DNA of 64,000 bases. Source: Octopus vulgaris. Its lineage: Eukaryota. The translations under genes were made by a program, and so were the position numbers. This document shows, in pieces, positions 25,553-39,600 of this stretch. The notes beneath the pieces were generated by a model. The model searched no databases. It was not told the origin of the DNA and was given only the letters and a program-made list of their open reading frames with translations. The stretch lies in assembly GCA_951406725.2 (NCBI GenBank), contig OX597835.1, forward strand, positions 43,338,001 through 43,402,000. Direction: 5' to 3'. The first letter of the stretch is position 1. Each line of letters starts with the position of its first letter.

Positions 25553-27075
25553 GCTAATACAGAAATAGTTCCATTAGTCTTAGAGAACAGCTGTAACCAA
25601 TTTGATAGTAACCTGTCAGAGACTGCCTTGGGTTATATGGAGACAAACTTCTGTTTTTCGAGAGATCTAAAATCTTTTCATCAAAATTCTAAACACCAGC
25701 TTTAATCAAGGTAAAGTTACTTCAAAAAATTCATTTCAAAAATTAAATGAAACAAAATCCGTGTATTTCAACAGAAATCGTTATCAATGTCCATTTCCCA
25801 TTCTAGCAGGGGTTGCACAGTTTGTGCTGGAGTTGGTAAGACTGGGGGCCACACTAATGTCCTTTGTTCTGGTAAGGTTTCCGTGGCTGGATGACATTTC
25901 TAATGCCAACCACAGCAGAGTGAACCAAGTGCCTTTTATGTGGCACCAGGACATGGTAGCAAAAAGATTTAAGTGATCGAAATTAAAAACAGCAGCAAGT
26001 TTATTTCACTAAATTCTTCACAATTTTCAAAATTATTTAAAACAATTACAGAATATATTTCAATACGAAATTGTCATTTTCCCTGCTAAAAATGGCTGTC
26101 TGGGGCAAAACGGCGAACTGCATTCATGTGAAGCTCCAACTTTAGAATTCATGAGTTTCGGGGTGCATCAAGTTAGCTCACCTCTATTCCCAGGTCGTCC
26201 TTGGCCTCAGGGAAGTAGTATCCATCAAGGACCCCACCCTCCATTGAGTCAGACAGAAGACGGTCCAGTACTAATACATATATAATGCAGAAAGACCATT
26301 ATCTGCCAGACATTCAGATTCTTGTCAAATGTTCAGCTTTTTTATTCACATTGTTTTGAATCAATCAGGCATCATTTTGCAATTTTAAGATTTCAGTGAT
26401 GCACCTGAATATTTTGTGAAAGACGGAGGAGCAGTGTGAGGTCAGGTTTGACCAGCTTGGACACAAGACATGTAGAATACCTGGGCCTGACATGGCTAGT
26501 TTGAATGCTAAAGGGTTAAAATGTGGGGACCACATTTTTATATCAGAAGAGGCAGCTAAATGGTTTCATCAAAAGGGCACCTGGCAATAAAATATCTTGA
26601 GGACTGCCCACCTCCATGAGCTCCATTAGTTTTGATCAGTTAATTATAGTGGAATATAACCAATTAACAATGGGATAGATCATTATCATCGTTTAGCATC
26701 TGCTTTCCATGCTAGCATGGGTTGGACAGTTCAACTGGGGTCTGGGAAGCCAGAAGGCTGCACCAGGCCCAGTCTGATCTGGCAATGTTTCTACGGCTGG
26801 ATGCCCTTCCTAACGCCAACCACTCTGTGAGTGTAGTGGGTGCTTTTTATGTGCCACCGACACAGGTGCCAGATGAGGTTGGCAAACGGTCACGATCGGA
26901 TGGTGCTTTGTAGAGCTAGATCTCTCTAAAAACTAGAATAGTCACACCTGAGACTTGTTTAGTCTGGATCTGATCAATGAAGGCCAATCTAAGACTATAG
27001 AAACCTACTGAGATAGTGGTACTTTGTTGGAAGGACATTACGGTACTTGCTTACTAGAATACAGAAGTAATCATG

Positions 27076-27132
<57 letters not shown>

Positions 27133-27788
27133 AAAGAGAGCAATGCACCTTGTTTATGACAGTGTAGAATGGACTTACAAACATACAGCAGTACCAAAAG
27201 AAAAGCAGTATGGCTTGCTGAGGTACATTGCGGTACCTATTTTACAAAGGATATGCTGACAGCATAACTTGTTTAAGAACTTATTCTACAGGATACGGTG
27301 GAACTATGGAGAACAGCGTACCTTGCCTAAGGTACATTGATTGCTGTACCTACTTACTACAATAATACAGTACCATAAAGAGAGTAACACACCAACAATA
27401 TAAATGGAAGAGAGTCCAGTTCCTTATTCTACAACATATTTCTGCAGAATGGTGTCTTCACGTTTTGATTAGTTCTGTCAAGGTATTGTGTCAAAGATAA
27501 ACAGATGTATCCTGTCCAGGTACAATGTGGAGCAGCATTCACTCTGGACAGACAGAAGTCCTTTATGGCTTCTAAAATGGCATACTCTTTTTACTCTTTT
27601 ACTGTGGCCATGCTGGAGCACCGCCTTTAGTCGAGCAAATCGACCCCCAGGACTTATTCTTTGTAAGCCTAGTACTTATTCTATCAGACTCTTTTGCCAA
27701 ACTGCTAAGTTACAGGGATGTAAACACACCAGCATCGGTTGTCAAGCGATGTTGGGGGACAAACACAGACACAAGAATATACACACAC

Positions 27789-27821
<33 letters not shown>

Positions 27822-29184
27822 CACGACAGGCCTGGTGGAATATGGAAAAATGCTTTTGTTGAAGTTTATGAAAATACACACTGTGCCTCCACACAGTTGA
27901 TAGAATCCTGGGATTCACACCAACAGACCCGACACGATTCCACCCAACCTTCCTTAACCACAAGACAAAAACAGACGATTCCTGTCACCAACTCCCACCA
28001 GTTTCTAAGTTAATATTTCTCAATAACATTAAGGGTATACATGTTTCAGGAATACTCAGCCACTTGTTAAAACAGTAGGAGTAAAGTAAATCAGTTAATC
28101 AAACAACTGAATACTCATTATCAAACAAAGAACCATCTTTATATATATATAAATATATATACATATACATACGTGTATGTATATATATTCTTGTGCCTGG
28201 GAGGGTAAGTTTCTAGGTGCAATCTCATGGTCATTTATGACCAAAGGGGGCCTCAGCAGCATCTGTGTGTGTGTGTATACACATACATATACATACGCAC
28301 ACACACATACTTACATATACACATACATGTATATATAATACACACTTTGTATGCATGTCATTAGGCCAAAGCTATACTGAGGCACCACCTTTAGTCAAAC
28401 AATTGGTTCCCAGTACCCTTTTTAAAAAATTTTTAAACCTAGTAATCAGTCTATCAGTCTCTTTTGTCAAACTGCTAAGTTATGAGGAGTTTCTTTCAGT
28501 TTCCGTCGACCAAATCCACTCAAGGATTTGATTGGCCCAAAGCTATAGTTAAAGAAGCTTGACCAAGGTGCCATGCAGTGGGACTGAACCCAGAATCTTG
28601 AAGTTGGGAAGCAAGCGCTTTACCACAAAGCCATGCTGTCCATATTCCCTGATGCCATGGGCTGGACAGTTTGACAGGACCTAACAGACAAGGAGTACGC
28701 AAAGTTCCAATGTCCATTTTGACAATCTTTTATGGCCGGAAATGCCCTTTACAGAATGCACAAGACCCCTTGATTGAGGTTGGGGTAGCATACTAAAAGG
28801 CTACAAAAACTACAAAGTTGCATGGAACTGAATCAAACTTAATATTCCTGGCCACATTTGAAACTGCTAATAGACATTACTTATTATCTATTCGATCAGA
28901 GAATTATATAATACAAACCTATCTCAATCTCATCCTTCCCTCATTTTTGAAATCTGGAATATTCTAATAGCTTCAACTGGAGATATTTCCTGATTTCTAC
29001 ATCTCTCCGACTCCTCCCTCTCTGATGATGGAATACTCGGCCTATAGAATCCTTACACCATATCATGATCCAAATGACTGCCTATTCTAGAAACAGCCTT
29101 TAACAGACTATTTATATTCTCTATCCAGATTAAATGTCTTTTTCAAATGACGCCAAACGTTTTCCTTTTCCATTTTTACTTTAA

Positions 29185-29407
29185 CCCTTTCGATACCAAC
29201 TTGGCTGAAACTGCCTCAGGTTCTGTAGTACAAATATGTTGTTTTTATAAGTTTTGAATAAAATTCTTCCACTAAACCCTTAGTCACAATTTATGTTCCT
29301 AACATTAGCTTAATAATAACTAAGTCATTTTACTAAATTCTTAGTTATATTTAAAATTAATTGAAAGAAACACAGAGCATCTCAAAATAAATATGGTAAT
29401 AAAAGGG
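29185..29407. mobile_element. piggyBac-type MITE (related ends at ~26500-26519, 49132-49600, 49990-50163, 58689-58880)
   Basis: TTAA-CCCTTT...AAAGGG-TTAA. Confidence 0.75.
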
Positions 29408-29816
29408 TTAATCTATATCTACCCGTTCAAGGAGAAACTACTTCTAGCTGCATATTTTTCAGTTAGAATTCAAGCTGAAGTTTTAGCAGTAAACCACTCA
29501 TAGTACAGACCTGCTACTTTACATCAGCTGACAATATATATATATGTTGTGTGTATGTATACACACATTATAGCATCAGGCAGACTGAAGCCTTGTGAGT
29601 GAATTTGGAGGACAGATTTTGATCAAATATATATATATAGAAGTGCAATGTGTGTGGATACCAGCGCTTCTCAATAGGGCTTCGCAACAAAGAGTGAGAT
29701 AAGCTAATTTCATGTTATTGGTTATTGTAATATAGTAATAATATAGACATCATCCTATTTAACCAATGTTATAAAAAAAATAACAACCATTGGGGATATA
29801 TATATATATATATACG

Positions 29817-30185
29817 TAGGAGTGGCTGTGTGGTAAGTAGCTTGTTTACCAACCACATGGTTCCGGGTTCAGTCCCACTGCATGGTACCTTGGGCAAGTG
29901 TATTCTACTATAGCCTCGGGCTGACCAAAGCCTTGTGAGTGGATTTGGTAGACGGAAACTGAAAGAAGCCTGTCGTATATATGTATGAGTGCGTGTTTGT
30001 CCCCCCAACATCGCTTGACAATTGATGCTGGTGTGTTTACGTCCCCGTAACTCAGCGGTTCGGCAAAGGAGACTGATAGACTAAGTTCTAGGCTTCCAAA
30101 GAATAAGTCCTGGGGTCGATTTGCTCGACTAAAGGCGGTGCTCCAGCATGGCCACAGTCAAATGACTGAAAAGAGTAAAAAGAGT
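29817..30185 (+). mobile_element. SINE family A in KLF intron 2 (oppositely oriented partial copies at 27630-27830 and 28370-28637)
   Basis: Consensus match. Confidence 0.85.
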
Positions 30186-30465
30186 ATATATACCACATGA
30201 ACTCATCAACATCATTGTTTAACGTCCGTTTTCTAGGCTGGCATGAGTTAGACAGTTTGACTGAGGACTGGAAAGCCAGCAGCTGCACCAGGCTCCAGTC
30301 TGACCTGGCAGAGTTTCTACAGTTGGATGCCCTTCCTAATGCCAACCACTCTGAGAGTGTAGTGGGTGCTTTTATGTGCCACCGACACAGGAGCCAGTCA
30401 GGGGGCACTGGTATCGGCCACGTTTGGATGGTTCTTTTTACAATGAAATAAATGAGAAAGATATG

Positions 30466-30516
<51 letters not shown>

Positions 30517-30837
30517 CAGGGTCTCCTTAAAACATAACTTAATTTAAGGGTTACGCAAGTGTAAAAAGCTTGAGAAAGACTGGTGCATACACTGAAGTGG
30601 TTGATATTTTAGGAAAGGCATCCAACTGTGACAAACCAGGCTGAAGTTGACAGGAGTTTGGTGCAGTCTTCGGGGCTTGTTAGTTCCTGTCAAACCGTCC
30701 AACCCATACCAGCATGGAAAATGATGCTAAATAATGATGGGGATATATGTCTCTCTGTCTTCACATCATTGTAAAATGTCATTCATTCATTCATTCCAAA
30801 TAATCTGCAAAAGCATAACTGACCACGAGACATCACA

Positions 30838-31258
30838 TCATCATTTAGCGTCCGCTTTCCATGCTAGTATGGGTTGGACAGTTTGACAAGCCAGGAGGCT
30901 GCACCAGGCCCAGTCTGATCTGGCAACGTTTCTACGGCTGGATGCCCTTCCTAACGCCAACCACTCCGTGAGCGTAGTGGGTGCTTTTTACGTGCCAGAC
31001 GGGGCTGGCAACGGCCACGGTCAGATGGTGCTTTTTATGTGCCACCAGTACGGGGGCCAGGCGAGGCTGGCAACGGCCACGATCGGATGGTGCTTTTTAC
31101 GTGCCACCGGCACAGGTGCCAGACGGTGCTGGCAACGGCCACAGTCAGATAGTGCTTTTTATGTGCCACCGGTACGGGGGCCAGGCGAGGCTGGCAACGG
31201 CCACGATCGGATGGTGCTTTTTACGTGCCACTGGCATGGGGGCCAGGCGAGGCTGGCA
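30838..31258 (-). mobile_element. Retroposon family C with (ATG)n tail and internal ~60-bp tandem units (copies at 26685-26910, 30205-30440, 60448-60940; opposite strand at 30600-30740, 52930-53085)
   Basis: Shared CTGGATGCCCTTCCTAACGCCAACC and GCTTTCCATGCTAG.ATGGGTTGGAC blocks; tail reads CATCAT on the plus strand. Confidence 0.75.
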
Positions 31259-31342
31259 AAAGGTTGTCCATGCTGGAGACTACATACATACGCGCCCCCA
31301 ACCAAGACTTGTATTCCAAGGCTAACAAGCGGCGGAACTTAC

Positions 31343-31432
31343 CAGTATGTGTTCTGTAATGTCGTGTTAGTTCGTCTGATCGTGAGAAACTCTTTGGGCA
31401 ATCTTTCCATTTACACACGTACGGACGCTCAC
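31343..31432 (-). CDS. KLF: Kruppel-like factor coding exon 2 (zinc finger 2)
   Basis: Acceptor TTTTCCAG|GT, encodes (G)ERPYVCKWKDCPKSFSRSDELTRHYRTHT, donor G|GTAAGT; 90 nt, phase 1-1. RSDELTRH is diagnostic for KLF/Sp finger 2. Confidence 0.95.
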
Positions 31433-31797
31433 CTGGAAAAGAAGAGAAGCAAAACATTAAATGGTGAAACTTTCCAGAGTCCCAGGAGGAAGAAAACGTG
31501 AGTGTGGGATGGACCAGAGATGGAAAGACAGATGACAGTCTGTGTAGGGTTTGGGCAAAATTCAAGTTTCATCGAAAGACAATTTTTCAGATGGATCAGA
31601 AAGGAAACTGGCTAAGGTTCTGAGATAATTCTAGCTCGGCTATGAAAGCTGTTGCCATGTAAATGGCGACGGTGGTGGCAACTTTCAAATCGGTAATGGT
31701 GAACAGTAGCTGTTGGCAGCAGTGATAGTAGTAGTAGTTAGTAGTAGTAGTATTAGTAGTATTGGTAGTAGTAGTATTGGTAGTGGTGGTAGTAATG

Positions 31798-31829
<32 letters not shown>

Positions 31830-34104
31830 GGTAGTAGTAGTAGTAGTAGTAAGTAAAGGTAGGGTTTGTGTGTAGAGCAGTAGATGGCAACAGCCGAGAA
31901 ACGGTCGATTAAGTGGGAAATAACTATTTCTGTCATTCATATAATGGCTGTAGCAGGCGGGGAGGGAGGGAGAGAGAGAGAGAGAGAGAGAGAAAGAGAC
32001 AGACAGAGAGAGGGATAAAAGAAAAGTGAAGTCTGGTGGTGACTGTCCAAAAACAGGAAAAACTGAAGAAAAAAATAAAGAAAAAAACGGAATTATCTCC
32101 CCTGGCACACGTGTGAAGTTTTACAGACATTTAGACACAGTTGCACAGACTAAACTCCTACCGAACTCTACGTACACACACCAAATGAATACACAATCAC
32201 CTACCAGCTACATATAGAGAACTACTACACGCATACACCAGCTATATACGCATGCATAAGTTACATACAGAACTGCACACACAGTTACATAGAGGGAACC
32301 TCACAGACACACACACACACACAAGTTGTAGGCCTACAGTTAGACAAGCACCACACACCAGTTAAATCTAGGCTATGAACCACGCGCAGTCTGTTGCATC
32401 TAAGAAACTCTACACACACAAAGTTACATAAAGGAAAATACCATCATCCCAGTTATACAGTTAAAAGATACTACACACACACATTATAAATCAGATATAG
32501 ATATGTATGTATATACACACACACACACCAACTATCTATACAACCTAACGCATTCTATAGTTAGTTGCATATAGGGAACTACACACAAATTACCCAAGTG
32601 TTGCTATATTAAGGGACAACACCCTGCCACCAGTTCTACGCGTAGTTAGAAGGGTATTACACATACACCAGTTAGAGTTGCATATAAGCACCTAAGCACA
32701 CCACAGGTATTGTTACAAGATAAATATTTGATATTAAGTGCGAGGGGGGGGGTGCGTGCCACGAGCAACGAAATAGCTGCTATGTGGTTACTCGACCTGC
32801 TGGAAAATGTATTGCTTACTTATCGTACGAAAAAGAAAAAAAAAACATTCACACGACCGGAATACCTTTGTTGATTGACATAGGTGTACTGGATGAAGGC
32901 CTTACCTGCGTTTAAACATGTAAATGATGTTTAATTGATCAGCCTACCCCAGCACTCCTTATCATCCAAAATGTTTTATAGGCTCTTATTTCAGGGGTCT
33001 ATTTTTACACCAGTTTCATCGAGGAGGAGAATATTATATTTTTATATAACGAGTCTTGAGTCATTCTACCACCTGGGTGAGTGAAGATATCAACCTGCTT
33101 GTTGTGGTACCTGGAAGAAATTTTCCAAGAAATACCAGACAAACCTCCGACACACGGATACGTCTCGGCAAACAGCAACTCTATATTCGGGTGGGCCATA
33201 ATAATGTTTAATACGTCTAAAGACTACTCAATATGGTGATGTTAACTTAGATGTGGCCCGGGCCAAAATAAAAGGAGCCAACGGCATTGGCTTCTGTTTC
33301 TTCCGATACATGACGGGTGGCTACTAACTGCTGGAAATAAATATTCAAAACTGATTACCTTCGTTGTCGCAATCATACAGTCTGAAGTAATCCCTAATTT
33401 GCAGGACCACGCTACCACCTTATAGCAGTCTAACTATGCCCCCTGTGATGGCAACCACCTATAGCCCTCCTATCATACAGTCTAGCCGTTGTTCCTAGTG
33501 TGCAGGGTTAACCTTGCCACCTTGTAGCTTTCTCATACCGTCTATGACAGTAATTAGCTTTCAATTTGACGTTTTTGTTTACCTTAGATTGCTGAACACA
33601 AAAGTTTTCAACACTCGCGATAGTGGGCTGGTGCGAGTGTGCATGTACTTTTGGCTTTATCAACAAGTACACCATTTAGAGGTACAATGCAAAGGTCACC
33701 GTTTCTACTACTCGGTACTTTCGTTATTAACGTAAACTATTTGCGCGCGTACAGTGTGAGTAACAAAGGCAAAACCTTTTCCCTTGAGGAATCTCGCACC
33801 TAATCCGAAACACGCAAATATGTCATCTGGTGTGTGTGTGTGTGTGCAATTGATGACTGGACGTAGGCTTTGATATGCTGGCTACGGGGAATACCTATTT
33901 CTTTACTACCCACAAGGGGCCAAACACAGAGAGGACAAACAAGGACAGATACAAGGATTAAGTCGATTATATCGACCCCAGTGTGTAACTGGTTCTTATT
34001 TAATCGACCCCGAAAGGATGAAAGGCAAAGTCGAACTCGGCGGAATTTGAACTCAGGACGTAACGGCAGACGAAATACCGCTAAGCATTTCGCCCGGCGC
34101 TGCC

Positions 34105-35006
34105 TTGCTAAGGGGGATACGAATCTGCAAAAAAAATTGGCAAAAATCGACATTTCTAAATTGCTACCACCCCTACCCCCACTTCCTTCATTTTTAACTT
34201 TTTATACAAATTTTTTTTTCAAAATATGTGGAAAAATACGGACATTATGATTCTGAAAAAAAAATTCCAAAACTCATCTTAAATTCTTTTAAAGAATTTT
34301 TCCCCCACTAAATATGCGGAAAAATACGGACATCAGGATTCGGACAAAAAATTCAAAACATCTCTGTACTTACGGTTAGGGTTTTAGGGTTAGGGAAAAA
34401 AAAAGTCAAAATTGAAGTTGGGGAGGGGGGGTCACGATGCCGATTTTTGGCAAAAAAAAATTAAATTTTGTTTTCATTATTTCGGGATTATCCGTCATCG
34501 AGATTCTTGTTTTAGGGAGTTCCAAGTTTCGGATTAGTTACCGGACTCAGGGGAAAGGGGGGGGGCTAATGAAGTTTCGCACCTCCTTGAAAAACGCGAT
34601 TAAGTAGTAACTGTTCTTAAGTAGTACCTTTTACTTGTGTAATTTTTTTTTTTGCATATTCGTAATGTCCCGACATCATAAACGGAGGAATCCGAAAAAA
34701 CTTTTTCGAAAAAAATGCATTTTTCAAGGAGAGGTGCGAAACTGCATTAGCCCCGGGAAAGGATTGTGTTTCTAGTTTTTTTTTGTTTTTTGTTTTTTTT
34801 TTATAAAAAAAAAAAGCATTCCTGTAATTCAAACAATAGAAATTAATAAATAAAAAAAAAGGCACTATTTAAATACAGGGGTCCCGATGCATCTACTTAA
34901 CCATGTTTTTACAATGCACACACGTTAGGGTTAAGAGTTATGCAGATGAGTCGGGACCTCTGTATTTAAGGTAGTACCGTTAAGGGACCACTGTATTTTA
35001 GTACCA
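34105..35006. mobile_element. Nest of non-autonomous DNA-transposon fragments
   Basis: Inverted repeats at 34563-34594 / 34720-34753 and at the ends of 34861-34978; direct repeats AAATATGYGGAAAAATACGGACAT; several GTAGTACC ends. Confidence 0.55.
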
Positions 35007-35180
35007 AAAAAATTCCAATCCCACCCCAACATGTTGCCCTGCCGCTTCCCTTCATACTTTCATAACCCTTCTTTTCGCATGACGGTAATAGGGGTAACAA
35101 ACCTCAAACCCCAAAAATATCCTCTTTGTTATTGAAGTTGTTCGTAAATTCAAAAACTTATTCAAATAAGTGGCTTATTC

Positions 35181-35585
35181 AAGGAGTGGCTGTGTGGTAA
35201 GTAGCTTGCTTACCAACCACATGGTTCCAGATTCAGTCCCACTGCGTGGCACCTTGGGCAAGTGTCTTCTACTATAGCCCTGGGCCGACTAATGCCTTGT
35301 GAGTGGATTTGGTAGGCGGAAACTGAAAGAAGCCTGTCGTATATATGTATATATATATATGTGTGTGTGTGTATTTGTGTATGTGTGTATGTCCCCCTAG
35401 CATTGCTTGACAACCGATGCTTGTGTGTTTACGTCCCCGTCACTTAGCTGTTCGGCAAAAGAGACCGATAAAATAAGTACTGGGCTTACAAAGAATAAGT
35501 CTTGGGGTTGATTTGTTCGACTAAATGCGGTGCTCCAGCATGGCCACAGTCAAATAATTGAACCAAGTAAAAGAATAAAAGAATA
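35181..35585 (+). mobile_element. SINE family A in KLF intron 1 (oppositely oriented partial copy at 35775-36025)
   Basis: Consensus match. Confidence 0.85.
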
Positions 35586-36533
35586 AATGTCGAGTTTAAT
35601 TTTCAAGTGAGAGAATTCTCAGATGAAATAATATAAAACCGATTCTCTTCTTTGCTTCTTTACACATGAAAACTTATTTCACAGGTCCTCAACCTAATTT
35701 ATTCTATTAAAATAAAATACTCTATTGAGGACACTTGGTTCACACACAAAAACACAAATCAAAAGATATCATTTTGTTTCAGTCATTAGACTGCGGCTAT
35801 GCTGGGGCACCACCTTGAGGTACCTTAGCCGAAGGTACCTCAAGGTACCAACCCTAATATATATTTTTTTGTAAAGTCTGGTGATAATTCTACCGAACTG
35901 CTATGTTACGGAATGTAAACACACCAATACCGGTTGTCCAGTGGTGGGGGGGAATAGACACATATACGCGTCTCCTCATATAAGGTGGGCTTCTTTCAGT
36001 TTTCGCCTACCAAATCCACTCACGAATCCGGAACCATCTTTACTGGCTGGAACTGAAGTAAATTTTTTGAGAAACTTGTATGAAGGAGAGAAATTCTCTT
36101 TGGCCGACAAGCTGAGGGTTCCCGTCAGAAGCAAATTCTTCCTTTGCATCTCTGCTTCCACCACAGCCTGAACCACCAGGTCCTACCCACCACTGTCGTT
36201 TTATCCCCGATAGGTCTCGATCCCTGCTGGATCAGGAACAAAATGTTCCGTGGTCTATCATAAAAAAAGAGGTCGTCACATTTGGAACGTCTTTCATCAT
36301 ATCTTCTCAGAGATGACTTGGCATTATTGTGGAAGCTCGTTTAGGGCGGACCGTTGTAAAAACTTAAGCAGTTGTCCGCGTTAACCCAATAATCTGTGTC
36401 ACCTCGAATGTTTAATGTCGAGATTAACTTCTTCATTCTCTAAGCACGGACGGAGCTTGCATATAAGGTAACCCGTAACGACAAATTATGGTCACTGCAT
36501 GTCCTTCGTCCTTTGGCTAAGCCAAGACCTCAC

Positions 36534-36631
36534 GAGCGGAGGTCAAGAATACGTACGCCACCCGTTTTCGGTTTAATGAAACCCCTAACCTTAATCCTAA
36601 CTCCAGGGTGTACGTATTCTTTACTTTCGCC
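36534..36631. mobile_element. 98-bp MITE with 8-bp TSD
   Basis: AAGAATACGTAC / GTACGTATTCTT arms; GACCTCAC at 36526-36533 and 36632-36639. Confidence 0.7.
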
Positions 36632-39600
36632 GACCTCACTTTCTTATCACCTGGGATTAATAATCAACGAGCCATTAAAGGCCACTCGAGGTGACAGGTT
36701 GCGAAAAAGCTAAAGCGGTCAACTACTAAAAGTTTACCAGGGTCTGTCATTCACGAGGTTTGTTTGTTTCTTTTTTAATCTGAGTCAAGATAGAAGGCAA
36801 ATTGTCTAAACCGTGGCGGAGAATGGTCTCCTCCGTTTTCTTACGATGCTGCACAGTAAGGGTGAAGAGAGAGCACGTGGTTGGGAAACGGACTTTCTCT
36901 TTCGAGTGACTTCGCTGAAGGACCCTTGTTTTTACTGTTTCTGTTCCATTTTTAACAATGTATTACATGAACTAAATGTTGTTTTAGAACACAGTGAGGT
37001 GGTGGTAATAGAGGTGGTTAGAGTGCAAACTTGTAGAAGGAAGTCCCGTCCTGTATAAGTGCTTTTACAGAGAAAATATGATGAGAGAGAGAGGACGAGA
37101 GAGTGACGAAAGAGAAAGGGAGCGGGAAAATAAAGTTTGAGAAGATAAATCAAAGTCTGAGGAAGAGAGACAAATGAGGTTCGGAGAGAGTTTGAGAGAA
37201 AGAATGAAAGTTTGACAGAGAATGTTTGAGAGAAAAAATGAGAGAAAGTTTGATTAAGACCGAATGTTTGAGAGAAAAAAGTATGGTTTGAAAGGAGTTT
37301 GAGAGGGAAAAAAAGGCCGATAGGGACAGAATTTTTCAGGAAGAGATAAAAAAAAATGAGAAAGTTTGAGAGTGAAGTACTAACGAAAAATGTTAAAGAA
37401 GTGAAAGAAAAGCGAAAGCAAGAGAGAATGGGGATAAATGGGGCGATGAAAGAGATAAAAGGTCCCAGGCCCAGATGAAACAATTTCTTTACGACATCGA
37501 TTTACGGTAAGCGACGTCACATGACTCATTTCTATAGCAACGGAATGTCGCGTAGTAACTGCATTCTAAATGTTGAACGTAGATTAGGACAAGACGAGAC
37601 TGCCGAGGGTAGATGACCTAACAACGGCATGCTGGAGGGGGGAGCAGCTACGCAGGAAGGAAAAAGAAATAGCAGCCAAGTCTAACCGCTACAAAAATAA
37701 AATGTGAAGGACGGAGTTAGACCAGATTATATTACACAGGATGGAGTGGGGGCTGTCACGGCAGGAACCCGTTCCAAACAAAAATAAGGCTTCTCGGTGT
37801 AATCTGGGGGGGGGGGGCGGGCGATAGCCAAAACAACAATTTTACAAACTTCAAAAATGAAAGTAGGCTTAGTTTACCCGAGTATTTAACTGGTACTGCA
37901 TTGTTTTTTTGTTGGTTTTTTTTGGTCTCGGGGAGATGAAATACAAATAAAATGCTTCAAGACACACACCATCCTTACGATGTGTTTTATACACTACATG
38001 CGTGTGTCACAGGTGTGGTGGTGAGGTTGAGAAGCTTGTCTCCCAGCCATGAGGTGTCTGGTTCAGTCCCCCTGTGCGACATCTTGGGTGTCTTCTTTAC
38101 CATAGAACCCACGCTGACAAAAAAAGCCTTGTGAGTGAATTGTGTGCATGACAAACGATGATGCATCCGTGTGTTATGTTCCATAATTTAAATCCAATGC
38201 AATAAAAGGTTACCAAACTGAAAATCCTGTCGGGCCTGGTCGCTGTTCAAATAACTGAATTCAATAAGAGAATGACTTCTTTTTTCTTTTAAACACAACT
38301 GACATTCGATAGCCGAGCACATGGCGACAGCAGCCTGCTGTAAACCACCACCAGTCCCACCTGGTACACGTTTGCATAATGCCAGGGAGCTGATACGAGA
38401 CAACTCCAGACAAAGCTAAAAACAACAGCCAAATATTACCCAAATCATTCTTCTTCAATGAAGGCATTGCTGGTGTAACTACCCCATGAGGAAGGAAAAG
38501 GCGAGGAACTAGGTGAAGTTCCCTTTTTATTTATTTCTATATTCCTGCGTTTCACTCAAAAGGAAAACCATTACATGTGAACAATTTGGGAGGGGGGGGG
38601 AGAGAAATGATGAATTAATATGAAAGGCATAACTACAGATTGATGCTCCATTTCTCCTGAGAAATGCATTTTTTTTTTTGTGCCAACTTTACCGAGATAC
38701 ATCTAATATGGTGTAGACAACAGCCATGCTGATAAAATTCAGAAAGCGAAAAAAAGAAATTAGGGCGGGATATTCGAGGATGTTTCAAACCCTAATATTA
38801 CATAATGTACGCCTTCGAAAATGTTATCTCTGCAAAATTTCATTTAGAAGTAATATAAAGAGATGAGGAAACAGGAAAACAGGAGGGAGAATAATGTTTG
38901 GAAATTCTTTCAAAGAAAAACATTGTCATGAACATAATTTACTATAAATCTAAAAAACAAATAGATTTCAAGAAAAAGTTTTTCAGAAAATTACAAGATA
39001 AAATCGAGTGGGGCACTAAAGTGTAGTTATGCCATATATGTAGTACTACAGTAGTTATGATAAAAAATTTTTTTCATCTATTGTTATTCTAAGGTGAAAA
39101 AAATACTATATTTGGAATTGCCACTGTTTTACAAACCGGTCTGATTTGTGATGAAAGATTTCCAGCCGCGAACAGGCCATGTGTGTGTGTGTGTGTGTGT
39201 GTGTAGAGAGAGAGAGAAAGAGAGAGCGAGGGGGTAGGGTCAACAGATGACACCGAGAGAACCTCAATTATAAAAAAAACACTTTAAATTTCGTCCCCCA
39301 AATCCTTACGGATGTCCAAACTTAACTCGAATCGATCACAGAGGTATTGGAAGAGGCTGAGGTCGTTGCTGGGATTAAATCCAGTGATTTTCAAGCAAAA
39401 TGGTATGTAGATAATTTACTTTAATAACATTTTTCTATTAGTAATTTTTTGTTCTTAAACAAACACAGGTTTGGTGAGGGGGGTAAAAAAAATATGCCAG
39501 CAATGGACCGACCTAGGGCTAAACAAAACCCCTTGTGTTACTTTCGCATCATCATTCCATTAAATGTGTTTTAAAGGGGAGAGAACATGTTGAACATCAA

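Noticed and set aside
30968-31501. 177-aa plus-strand ORF antisense to KLF exon 2
   Set aside because: Mostly the GC-rich tandem units of retroposon family C.
33100-33250. Possible LINE ORF2 C-terminus (EIPDKPPTHGYVSANSNSI)
   Set aside because: Suggestive but too short to call without a search.
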